This document shows positions 41,541-51,600 of a stretch of DNA of 64,000 nucleotides, one piece after another. Made by a program: the position numbers and the translations under genes. The stretch is from Porphyridium purpureum. Lineage: Eukaryota. Every line of letters begins with the position of its first letter. The first letter of the stretch is position 1. The stretch spans positions 310,001-374,000 of the forward strand of contig VRMN01000008.1 of the NCBI GenBank assembly GCA_008690995.1. The letters run 5' to 3'. The notes below the pieces were generated by a model, which saw nothing but the letters and a program-made list of their open reading frames with translations, was not told where the DNA came from and searched no databases.

Positions 41541-43118
41541 TCAGTTGTCCGGAACCCCGTGCTCTTCCCCCGAATCATTCTGTGCGTATGGGACGGGACC
41601 ATAAAACTCATCATCCTGTTGTGTGTCGTCCGGCGACTCAGTCGGTTCTTGTGCGGTCGATGGACAGTCATATTCGAAATCAAATGTCTGGAGGAGTGAA
41701 CGGACAGGCTGTGTTGCAAGCTGACGTTGCAGCTCTGGACGCAGAGGCGAAGGACACGCGCGAAAAAGATGACCGGGTTGATTGCAGTTAAGACATGCCC
41801 GACTGTCTGCATGATTTGCGCGACGGGAATCTTGATCACGTACATGACGTAGATCGCGAGCGAAAAGCGGGCGATTCGAAGTGGCGATCGGCCCTTCTAC
41901 GAGTTGTCGCGTGTTGGCAGCGTTGGCGTGGATTCTCCGATCGGAATTGTCGGTGCGTTGACGCGCACGCCTGTTCAAGCAGCCAGCGAGGTGTTCGTAT
42001 AGATCGTCGGCTTTGTCGAAATTCTTAAGAAGTACGCCGGATGCGAAGTGCTCGTCTTCAACTGCGTTGCGCAAGGCACGCAGAAGACGTTTGTCTCCGA
42101 GGTATTCGTCCGGTAAACAGTTTTGTGCATACTTCAGCACTCGATGATACAGAGTGTAAAGAATTGCTTTGGTCCGAGCCCCCCGCATGCGTACGACCAA
42201 GTCACTAAACTTTGTTGTTTCGAAATTGTGCATCATGTGTTCGTTGTATTCACCTGAAAACACCTTGTTGTCGAGAATTGCAAAAACATCTGAAATAGGT
42301 GCGTCATAACGCGCATTTTGCTGGTAGTGCTCCTTAATTGCGCCGCCCAAAGTAAGCCCAACGAGGAGCGGACGGTGCTCAGCGGCAACCTCCGCTCGCA
42401 CGAAAGAGAGCGCGAGTTCTTCTTTCCAAGCTCGATACGAAACTTTGTCAACGAACTCATCCATGTGGAAAATCATATCCGAGCGCACGAGTTTTGACAT
42501 ATCCGCCGCGCTCTGTGCCAATGTCCGACCGGTTGCGGGATTCGAACTGGTCAAGAGCGAAATAGCAGCCATGCCTGAGACCTCGCCGTCGCGTGATCCC
42601 GTGCGATGGTTGGATGGCGATGGCTCATCAGCTCGCACCGTGCTTCCTTGATCGATCGATGTGCTACGCGCGTTGTCATAAATTCGACGAAACTTCTCCT
42701 CTGTAGAAACGCGTGGATCCGTCGCACGGAATCCTGGAACTTCCGTATTCATTAAAAAGGAAACAAATTCTTCTCTGGCGAGGATTCCAGCGTTCATGAT
42801 GCTCGAAAATGGTAAGCGACGTACCATCTGCGTCATGAGAGCTACACCGTTGTACTGACGGAACATCGTGACAAATTCTTGCAGATCTTCTATGGCAAGT
42901 CTCTTCTCAAAGGAGAAACCGGATAAATCGATCGAAGCCAAAGCTGTCGTAATGGAAGTATCGGCAACACCCGCGGAGACCAGACGAACGTCCTCACGAT
43001 TTGTCTCTACGTTCACCTGTGTATCTTGATCCGGAAATTGCTCCGCTGCAGCGCCGATTCGACGGTCTCCGTCGCTACTGCCACCTGCGCCCGCGGTATT
43101 CCGCGTTGATCGCGTCAT
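41541..43118 (-). CDS. gag: Retrotransposon Gag with CCHC zinc knuckle
   Basis: CLNCNQPGHLFRAC; lies between 5' LTR and pol. Confidence 0.88.
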   Translation of the reverse strand: MTRSTRNTAGAGGSSDGDRRIGAAAEQFPDQDTQVNVETNREDVRLVSAGVADTSITTALASIDLSGFSFEKRLAIEDLQEFVTMFRQYNGVALMTQMVRRLPFSSIMNAGILAREEFVSFLMNTEVPGFRATDPRVSTEEKFRRIYDNARSTSIDQGSTVRADEPSPSNHRTGSRDGEVSGMAAISLLTSSNPATGRTLAQSAADMSKLVRSDMIFHMDEFVDKVSYRAWKEELALSFVRAEVAAEHRPLLVGLTLGGAIKEHYQQNARYDAPISDVFAILDNKVFSGEYNEHMMHNFETTKFSDLVVRMRGARTKAILYTLYHRVLKYAQNCLPDEYLGDKRLLRALRNAVEDEHFASGVLLKNFDKADDLYEHLAGCLNRRARQRTDNSDRRIHANAANTRQLVEGPIATSNRPLFARDLRHVRDQDSRRANHADSRACLNCNQPGHLFRACPSPLRPELQRQLATQPVRSLLQTFDFEYDCPSTAQEPTESPDDTQQDDEFYGPVPYAQNDSGEEHGVPDN

Positions 43119-43168
43119 CTGTCTTCAGCCACTTGTATTCTTTCACCGTTAGGAACGTAATTAGCTAA

Positions 43169-43427
43169 TGTCAATCCCTACGGATCCGAGAGCCGAGTTG
43201 CCAAGCTATCTCGGCGACCCAAGAAAGTTTTATGAACTCTTCTTCTTTTCTGTCGACTCTGTCTGTTTACTTTTTGACGGCTAGGCCGGCCGCGACTCGG
43301 CGTAGTTTTATACTAGGGCTAGCAGGGAGAGAGATGGAGACCCTCATCATAACCAAGTGGTTATATTGAGGGGGGCTGTACCCATGTGGGTACAGCGGTA
43401 GTTAATTAATTATTTAATTAATTGACA
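43169..43427 (-). repeat. 5' LTR (259 bp)
   Basis: Identical by eye to 37750-38008; followed by TSD TTGTA. Confidence 0.95.
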
Positions 43428-45433
43428 TTGTAGGCTCTTTCTTCTTTGTCAACGGTGCCCTCTTTATTTTGGCTCACTCTAATCTAACACCTGTGGAACG
43501 TACTTTATATACCTTTCTGTCCAAAACGGTCCGCTCGAGAAAACGCCCCCTCAGGCGCAAAAAACTCTGCGTCCGTTCCCGTCACGACCCCCGGGACGGT
43601 CGCACAACCGAATCATTGTGGGCCACGACACTACTGTGCGCCCTCTTTCACGTCAGCAAGCTCTGGCGCGCCCTGTTCCTCATCAGCAGGTTCATTCGCG
43701 TGCGTTCGGCTCGACCCATTTGCACGAAGTTCACACAGTCCCTTATCCGTTTTGACCGCCACCACGTTTCCTTTTCCCGCACCTCATTCTTTTTATTGTA
43801 AAGGAGATCATTTTACTAGTAAAGCCTATTGAAAGATACTGTCCCTTATCCGTTTTGGTCTCTGTCACAAAAACCGGTTTTACGGGGTTTTGTGCCCCGG
43901 AGAGACCGCGAAGGCGTAGGGAAGAACTGCTACACGTCAGGCAGTGGGCCCGCCACCACGGACGTGAGGTCGGTCTGCAGGAGGTGATCTTCAGAATCCC
44001 TTGCTGCTTATAAGGACAACAAACCCTTTTTAACTAAATATTCTTCACTACGCTCATCTCTGGTCCTCCTTTTTCTCCCGTCATTAGCTTGCGGGAGACG
44101 GAGTCCACTTTATATACTTCGCACGAGGTGACCGCTGTACGCCGGGCTGGCGTGGGACGAGATCCTGCGTGAGAACTATCTTGCGAGGCTCGGCATGATC
44201 CCGTGCCTGTCGACAGCCCGGAGAAGCGATGCGAGGTGCATCTCTTAGTACAGTGGCTTGGAAGAGTGAACTTTCTGACAGTCTCTGCTTCCAAATTTTT
44301 GAAGCGAGCGTCACGTCTGCAAAAAGTCGAGCTGCTTAAAACGTCACGGTACGCACCTTGGTCTTACTTTTCTGCCGTCCACTGGCCCTTGCGTTTGCTG
44401 CCAACTGTAAGTTTGTTCCTGCCGAACCTGCATTGCCAGAGTCCGACCTTTGCCTATGAATCCGAATGCCAAATAATGAGATTCTCGACATTTCATGCCG
44501 ACGCCGACCACCGCTTCTCTCTCTCTCGCACACATTGACTTCCTTCATCTGCGGGGCGTTGTCACGCCTTGACTCTGTTTGTACCTTGCATGCAGGTTTT
44601 ACGTTTGAGTAAATGGCTGTCGTCGACTTTAGAAAGATTACGAAGGGGTCGCCGCTTTTGCTTAATCCTGTCACGCTTTCTTGCTATCCGTCGAAAAGCT
44701 ACAGTAGCCAGCCATGCCGGTTCTTCGTTTGCGATAGAATTCTATCTGCAGCTACAGCGCTAAATGATCTCGACGCACAAAGGGTCGAAGAGCCTAATTA
44801 TACGGCTGTGAAATCAAAGCTTTCGCCCAAAATCCTACTCGTGACAATCATGGAAACCCCCTCCTCTTGCTGCCGGTGCTGTGTTCGCCGCTGTGCGCGT
44901 GCGTCTCGCTCTTCATTTATCCCTTTCGTATATTAGTCGCTCTCCCCGGTGGCGAACACGTACGGCTGCGTAAGAATAATCTATGTATCCGTCAGTCGCA
45001 GCTTCAAAAGTTTGTACTTTTCAATTCCAGGAATGTGCAGCAGCCGTGCAAGAGTTTCGAGTTGTTGATACTATAAACGCATGACCTCATCGCATGTTGT
45101 GCCATGCAGTGATGCCTCGCGCCCATCTCCAATCGTCACGCACAAGTCTGTCACAATCACAACTCGTTTTCTTGCAGCATTTGACGGCGTGAGGCACCCA
45201 ATGATTGTAAGACTCTTGCACCTGTTTTCGAGACCATGGTATGGTCCACTAGCAGTACCAATGGAGAGCGATGATCGAACCCACCCGAGACGTTCAATTA
45301 GTAGACTGCCCACGTGCTGCTGAGTCTGCATCCTACAGACGATTCACGCGAAGATGCGGACCAAGTTCGTAGCTTCTGTGGGCCTCCCGACGTGCGTTTC
45401 TGTTCATGGAGGAAGCTGCGGCTGCTGCCAAGC

Positions 45434-46045
45434 TTACTGACCGGAACTCGCGGCATCCGTCTTCTGCTCTGAACTTAACAGTGAGCGTAGTTCCGGTACT
45501 ATTTGGGACAGCACGGCTCTCTTGGCCCAGTACAAAAGCCGCAGTAATAACTTGACAGAAACAGATAGTACCGATAAGCACGAATAACCAGCGAAGAGCA
45601 GGATTTGCTCGACCAGCACGAGTATTCTTCGAACGTGGCGGTTGTTGATCAGCGCACAGAAAGCGCGCGAGATGGTGCGCGCCAGACGCATGACGGTTTC
45701 GCGAGCAGTAGCGTAAGCATCTATGATACATGCCATTACGCCTTGACGCTCGACAAGCGCGCCCGCGCTTTGCTCTGATACTCGGCGCATCGCGGCAGCG
45801 TCCCGCTGCACTAGTGCCACTATCGAGGTGCTTGCTGCATACCCCGGGTAAGAAGCGCCATACTGAATCTCACCAGAGCCGGACCGCGGCGCAGACCGAG
45901 ACTTTGGCGTTGCCAAGCCGTTTCCATCCGAGCCTGACTTCCGACCGGAACTTCGCTTCCTCCGCACTACCACGCGTTGCTGCGGGAGCACCAACGCCGA
46001 CGTGTTGTCAGCATCATCCTCATCCGCTCCCTTTGTCCACTCCAT
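45434..46045 (-). CDS. Hypothetical protein with one hydrophobic segment; may continue in a second exon (about 45071-45332)
   Basis: 203-aa ATG-started ORF; donor-like GTAAGC at its end; no family recognised. Confidence 0.4.
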   Translation of the reverse strand: MEWTKGADEDDADNTSALVLPQQRVVVRRKRSSGRKSGSDGNGLATPKSRSAPRSGSGEIQYGASYPGYAASTSIVALVQRDAAAMRRVSEQSAGALVERQGVMACIIDAYATARETVMRLARTISRAFCALINNRHVRRILVLVEQILLFAGYSCLSVLSVSVKLLLRLLYWAKRAVLSQIVPELRSLLSSEQKTDAASSGQ

Positions 46046-46634
46046 CCGCTCTGTCCAGATTCCCAGCGTTCGCAGTCGCCCAATCTGTTTTCACAGCCTG
46101 TCCACTCTGCACAAAGGCTCACTCCTCGGCGAGCGAAGGGGACGCCACGAGCAAGGCAGACGAGGACGTAGACGACGTCCACACAGCCTATTTCGCGCCT
46201 CCCGAACAGACTACGCAGTGAACGCACAAAGTGCTGTCGACAATGGAGAGCAGGGCTCAAACAGAAGACGCGGCGCAATCTCTTCCGCCTTGCAACCCTC
46301 CCCACACCACCACCTTGCCGTGATGTCACTCGCGCTCTCTCTCTCCCCCGCACACCCGCCACCCACGCTTTCACGCGGTCAACAAGTCACGCGCCAAACG
46401 AGCCGATTCGCCAGGTGTCTACCAAAAACACTCCGAAACATCACAAGTACTCTTTACTTGAAAAAATCCACTGTACCTTATTCCGTTCAAGCCTTGCAAA
46501 AAGAGAATAAGGTACAGCTCGAAAAAGATCGCTGTACATTTGAGTACACTTCGGATGCTGACCCTCGAGACAACCCTGCGAGCACATGGACTGCGACTTT
46601 GTGAAGCTCGGAAGAGGCTGTGGGATTCGTGGCC

Positions 46635-47207
46635 TCACACCGATTTGCGGCTTCGGATTCCCGGAAGTAGTCCCTTGTTCACGTACTCGCGCAGCACGAT
46701 GCGTGACACGCCCAGGTTTTTGTACACGGCGCGTTTTCTACCGGACATGATGCACGTCATCTTGACGCGCGAGAAGCACGAGTTGTGCGGCATCGCCGCA
46801 AGACGCTTGGTCGCCTCCGCGCGGACCAGGAGAGGCAGCGAGCGGTTGTGGACGATGCTGTTGAGCACCTTGCGCTTCATCTCGTGGTCACGGAACATCT
46901 TGCGCTTCTTCAGGTCCATAAAGTCCACACGCAGGTAATGGGCTTGCGGCGTCGCGACCGGCCGCAGCCCACCCATGGGTAACAGATCGGTGGGATGCAC
47001 TCTGTCTGCCGACTCACCATCTTCCCCTCTCTTCTTTCCCACAGCACCTGATGCGTGACGCACGCCCGGCGCCCCAACTCGCGAGCCGTCCAATGACCAT
47101 GCCATGCCGACAGGATTTGGCACATAGCCTGCGCCACGCATGTTCACTTTCCAATTTTCCCCGCACCGAGCCACCCACGCGAGGCGTTGCGCAAGTGACC
47201 TCAGCAT
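46635..47207 (-). CDS. rps14: Nucleus-encoded mitochondrial ribosomal protein S14
   Basis: DLKKRKMF..EMKR..LAAMPHNSCFSRVKMTCIMSGRKRAVYKNLGVSRIVLRE..GLLPG; N-terminus MLRSLAQRLAWVAR resembles a mitochondrial presequence. Confidence 0.85.
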   Translation of the reverse strand: MLRSLAQRLAWVARCGENWKVNMRGAGYVPNPVGMAWSLDGSRVGAPGVRHASGAVGKKRGEDGESADRVHPTDLLPMGGLRPVATPQAHYLRVDFMDLKKRKMFRDHEMKRKVLNSIVHNRSLPLLVRAEATKRLAAMPHNSCFSRVKMTCIMSGRKRAVYKNLGVSRIVLREYVNKGLLPGIRSRKSV

Positions 47208-47323
47208 CCTAATCGTCAGATCCGGCTTTCCAACTCTCGTTGGTTCCTCCCTCCCGGCTCCCCCTCGTGCATCAAACTGGTCGTCCAAATGTCGGAGGGC
47301 TGCAAGTCAGCAGAGGAGAAGAA

Positions 47324-47869
47324 ATGCAGCAGGGCGCAATGGGCGTGCTGCTGTTCGTTGGCGGAAGCCATGTGTTCGGGCGGCACGAAGGACGCGTGCT
47401 CAGGCGATGCCGCGTGCCCGTACGGATGCAGAACGATGAGGGTTCACACGGGGAGGGTAGTGGGCCTGTGCCAAGCGGCACGCTCAGCTCCAAGCAAATG
47501 GCCTACCTCCGGTCGGTGGCCGGGATGTGGGAACAGAGCGGAAAGATGTCGCGTATGCGCATCGTCCCAGAGCGCATGAAAGACGCAGCCGTGCTGCAGG
47601 AGCTCCGTGGGCGCATGGCGGCGCACGAGCTGGTAAAAGTCAAATTTGATGTCGAAAAGCGCAAGCAGGCGATTGCTCTCGCAGACGAGCTCGCCGCCGC
47701 CCTTGGCGCGCATGTAGCGCACGTAGTGGGCCACAGCGCGCTGTTTGTTCTCCAAAAAGAGCAAGGCTCAGTTCTGGACCTCGAGACATGCTCAGGCCAC
47801 CAACTACCCGCTCCCGTGCGAGGCAAGCGGAAGAACAAGGCCAAGAACGCCGCCAAGCCGACGGGATAG
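47324..47869 (+). CDS. CRM (CRS1/YhbY) domain RNA-binding protein, probably organelle-targeted
   Basis: LSSKQMAYLRSVA..HELVKVKF..A.ELAAALGA.VAHVVGHSALF; start at 47324 or 47339. Confidence 0.8.
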   Translation: MQQGAMGVLLFVGGSHVFGRHEGRVLRRCRVPVRMQNDEGSHGEGSGPVPSGTLSSKQMAYLRSVAGMWEQSGKMSRMRIVPERMKDAAVLQELRGRMAAHELVKVKFDVEKRKQAIALADELAAALGAHVAHVVGHSALFVLQKEQGSVLDLETCSGHQLPAPVRGKRKNKAKNAAKPTG

Positions 47870-48589
47870 GTCAGCCATGTGCGCCCATTTTGTTCGACAG
47901 AATAACTCCAAGTGCGATGTGATTATAGCTCCGCTGCGAGACGCCGCTGCCGCTGTGGCCACGGCGTTCCACCGCCAGTGTCACATCAAGCACGCCAGCC
48001 TGGCGACATACCAGCGACAAACATTATCGCGCGCCTTCTCCACCAACCCCCACGCCACCTCTTGGTCGCGCTTTCCACTCGCGTTTCGTTTTTAACAAAT
48101 TACATTGCAATGCATTTCATTTTATGTTTTTATGATTATACGATGTGTTTTGCATAGACGGGCCTTTGATGTGCAATGCGCCAAGTTGGTCTCAAACGAG
48201 TCGTATTTAGAAAGGCGCGATCGCACTAGGCGCGCGCGCGCGCGTGTGTGTGTGTGTTTTTTGAGCGCAAGGCGCTTAGTCGATCGCGGTTGGTTTATAG
48301 TAAAACCGATTGGATTTACTAGGAACTTGCGTTTTGGGGTTGGCTGCGAGCGGACGAGAGCGTGGGGCGAAAAGTGCGGAGCGCGCGACGGTTTGCCGCC
48401 CACGAGAAGCTTGCGCGCGCGCCGCGGAGAGAGGGTGCGCACGGAGGGACGCCAAGGTGAGCTGTGCGCGTGCGTGTGCGGGTGCCGCGCGCATGCGTCT
48501 CGGCGCGCTCGGTTCCGCCAAAGGTTTCCGCGGGGGCATTGATGGTGCGAGCGTGCGAGGCGCGTTGCCGGCAACGTGATACCGGCGTG

Positions 48590-48598
48590 AAACCCTAA
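48590..48598 (+). promoter_or_regulatory. Telo-box-like motif AAACCCTAA about 90 bp upstream of SWR1 ATG
   Basis: Exact motif; function inferred only from plant promoters. Confidence 0.3.
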
Positions 48599-48687
48599 TT
48601 TTCCGTGCTGCGGCTTGCCGCACGCAGTGTCTGCGCGGGCACTAGCCGGAGTCGGGATTGTGGGACAGCTGGCCAGCCCAATGAGCC

Positions 48688-51600
48688 ATGGACGAGCACA
48701 CGGACCAGCAGAACACTGGCGCAAGCGCGCGACACAGTGATTCTGCAGATAGGCGCACTTTTGAACCGCTACCGCTGCCACAGCACGCGAGTGGTGCGGA
48801 TGCGGCGCAAGCGGACCATCAGGTACAGACTGATGCGAGCAAAGCAGAACTCGAGCTGCAAGAAGCAGGACGGCATTTCGGCGATGATGATCAAAATAAC
48901 AATTCAGCCTCGCTGCACGGCGCGGCGTTGGCTGAGCGCGTGGTGGTCAAACTCGCCGAAGTCAGCGTGCAGGCCAGCGGAGAGCTTGAGCGGTCGGAGT
49001 TTGTTCTGAAGCAGCTAGGCATGCGGCGGATGGCGCGCTTAGCTGCGCGCCGCGCAGAGCAGCGCATGCTCGCGTATCATGCCGCCGCGTCGGCGCGAGC
49101 TGCTGACAACGAAGTTGAGGAGGATGCACTGAAGGCGCGCGCGATCATGCCGGGTGAAAAGTCAGTGCAAAGGATACCTGATGTTTCGCTGTCTTCGGTA
49201 CGACTGCTGGCGGATGCCAACGATACGAACTTGACTTTGGAGCAGCGGCTGATCATGGTCAAAGCCAGTGAGATCAACAAGCGCAACGCCGCGCTTGCAC
49301 GAGAGCGTCTCCCGCCGCAGCCTGTGCCTCCACGGGCAAAGACTCATTGGGATTACGTTCTGGATGAGATGAGCTGGATGAGCACAGACTATCGGGAAGA
49401 GTTTAAGTGGCGCAACTCGGCGCGGCGGCGGGTGAACAAAGCTGTGGCAAAATATTTCGACGAAGAAGACGAGCGGCGCGCCAGAGAGATCCGCGAGCTT
49501 CACGTTCAGCGTCGGCGAACAGCAGCTGGGGTAGCCCGGCATGTTCGTAAATTTTGGGCACAGGTGCAAGAGCTGGTCAGGTTCAAAGCTGCGCTTGAAC
49601 AAGAGCAGGTGCAGAAACGCGTGCGTGAGCAGGAGCTCGATGCGCTGCTCGATCAAACGGTCGCATTTTCGTCAAAGATTGCAGACAACTTGAATCCTTT
49701 GAAACACGAGCCTTTGCGACAAGCTGCAAAAAGATCTCAAACCAGCCGAGGCGGAGGAGACGTGTGCGAAGATCAGTCCAGCAGCAACAGCAACAACAGC
49801 AGCAACAGCAGTAGTAGTACCAGTGCGATGAATGTGTCTGATGATTATGAGGCGCCCGTCGACGAGGACGCAATGATGGATGACGAAGCAACCATGCAAG
49901 AAGCGGAGCAGTACGATATAGAACAGGAGGAGCAAGGAAATGGCGTAGCTGGTGACGTTAGCCGGAGGCGGAAGGAAGAGACCGCACAGCTCGAGCACGA
50001 AGCCGAAATGACTGTCGAAGAGCTGCTCCGCGTTCAAGGTATTGACCCAGATACGTATCTGCAGCATTCAAAGGATAAAGGCGGGCTGCGGACGGCAAAG
50101 AGTGATGCCTCGGTGCCTCGGAGCGTGCAGCGTGCAGAGCGTGCGATCGCGCCCTTATCACAAGATATAACTCAAACAAAGCGGTCGGGAAGAACTGTAC
50201 GGAGAACGGAAGCTGTTGCGGCGCTTGGTGTTGCGGGAGGGTCCAGCGATCGATCTGGCGCGGGGGAGAAAGTTGGATCTGAATCCAAATCTGGTTCTGA
50301 ATCAGTTGCAAAGAATGGCGTCGACCTCGCTGGCGTAGGAGAAGATCCAGAGTACACGGCGTCAGAAGATGGAGCGATGACGGACGACGAGCAGACTATG
50401 CAAGTTGAGGAGGAGACAGCTGCCATGCATGCACAACAAGAGGACAAGGACCTGAATATTGAGCGCGAGAATGAGCTCGAGCACCTGGCGCGTGAGTCAG
50501 AAGTTCCGCTGGAGCAGTTGTTGAAGGAGTACCTGATGCACGGCGAACCTGATTCTAGCGATGACGAACGAGCCGCCAGCAGCGATGGTAGAAGTGGCGG
50601 TGAGCGAGAGGCGACAGGGACAGACCAGGACGATGAATCCGGTCCGGAAATCGGAGAATCCACATCGATGCTGATCGCGCACAGGGAGCTCGGTAAGAAT
50701 GGAAAGAAAAAGACGGAGGAATGTGCTCCGCCAAATGAAGAAGGCACAGATATGCCGGACTCGAAAAAAGACCAATTTGGAAATTCCAGCACTGCAGACA
50801 TTGGTGAACAGTTACGACAGATTGCGGAAGAGCGTGAAATTGGGGTAACGCGGCTCCCGAGTGAGCTATTGCGTGGATCGCTGCGCAGCTACCAACATGT
50901 GGGTCTAGACTGGCTGGTAGCACTGTACAACAACCATTTGAATGGTATTTTGGCGGATGAGATGGGTCTGGGCAAGACCATTATGACGATAGCACTGTTG
51001 TGCTGGCTCGCGGTCGAACAGCATCACTGGGGTCCGCACTTGATTGTGGTCCCGACGTCGGTGATGCTTAACTGGGAGGTAGAATTGAAAAAATTCGCCC
51101 CGGGACTCAAGGTTCTGACGTACTTTGGCTCCATGCGAGAGCGCAAACTAAAGCGCCAGGGCTGGAGCAAGCACAATGCCTTCCACGTGTGCATCACCTC
51201 CTACCAGTTGGCCGTGAACGACGCAGCGATATTTCGCCGCAAAAAGTGGACATACCTCGTGCTAGACGAGGCGCAGAACATCAAAAATTTTGCGTCGTTG
51301 CGTTGGCAGACGCTCATGACCTTCAAGACCCGAAGGCGTCTTTTGCTTACAGGCACACCACTGCAGAATAGCGTCATGGAGCTTTGGAGTCTTATGCACT
51401 TTCTGATGCCGGACATCTTTAATTCGCATTCCGAGTTCAAGGCGTGGTTCAGCTCCCCGCTGAATGAGAACATCGACGTGGAAAGCGCTGATGACTGTGA
51501 TGGTGCGGCTGCCGCTGCTGCAGCAGAGAGGAAGCAAAAAGTGGCGCTGGTGGTGAAGCGGTTGCACGGAGTTCTGCGACCATTTATGCTGCGTCGGCTG

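Larger units (their letters stand above)
37750..43427 (-). mobile_element. Full-length Ty1/copia LTR retrotransposon (GalEa-like)
   Basis: Two identical 259-bp LTRs (TG..CA), 5-bp TSD TTGTA at 37745-37749 and 43428-43432, gag then PR-IN-RT-RNaseH order. Confidence 0.95.

Noticed and set aside
43870..45060. Non-genic stretch with an HLLVQWLG chromodomain-like peptide
   Set aside because: Rest of the chromodomain pattern absent; no supporting ORF
48230..48256. (CG)n(TG)n alternating tract upstream of SWR1 (Z-DNA potential)
   Set aside because: Simple repeat common in this genome's promoters; no specific evidence
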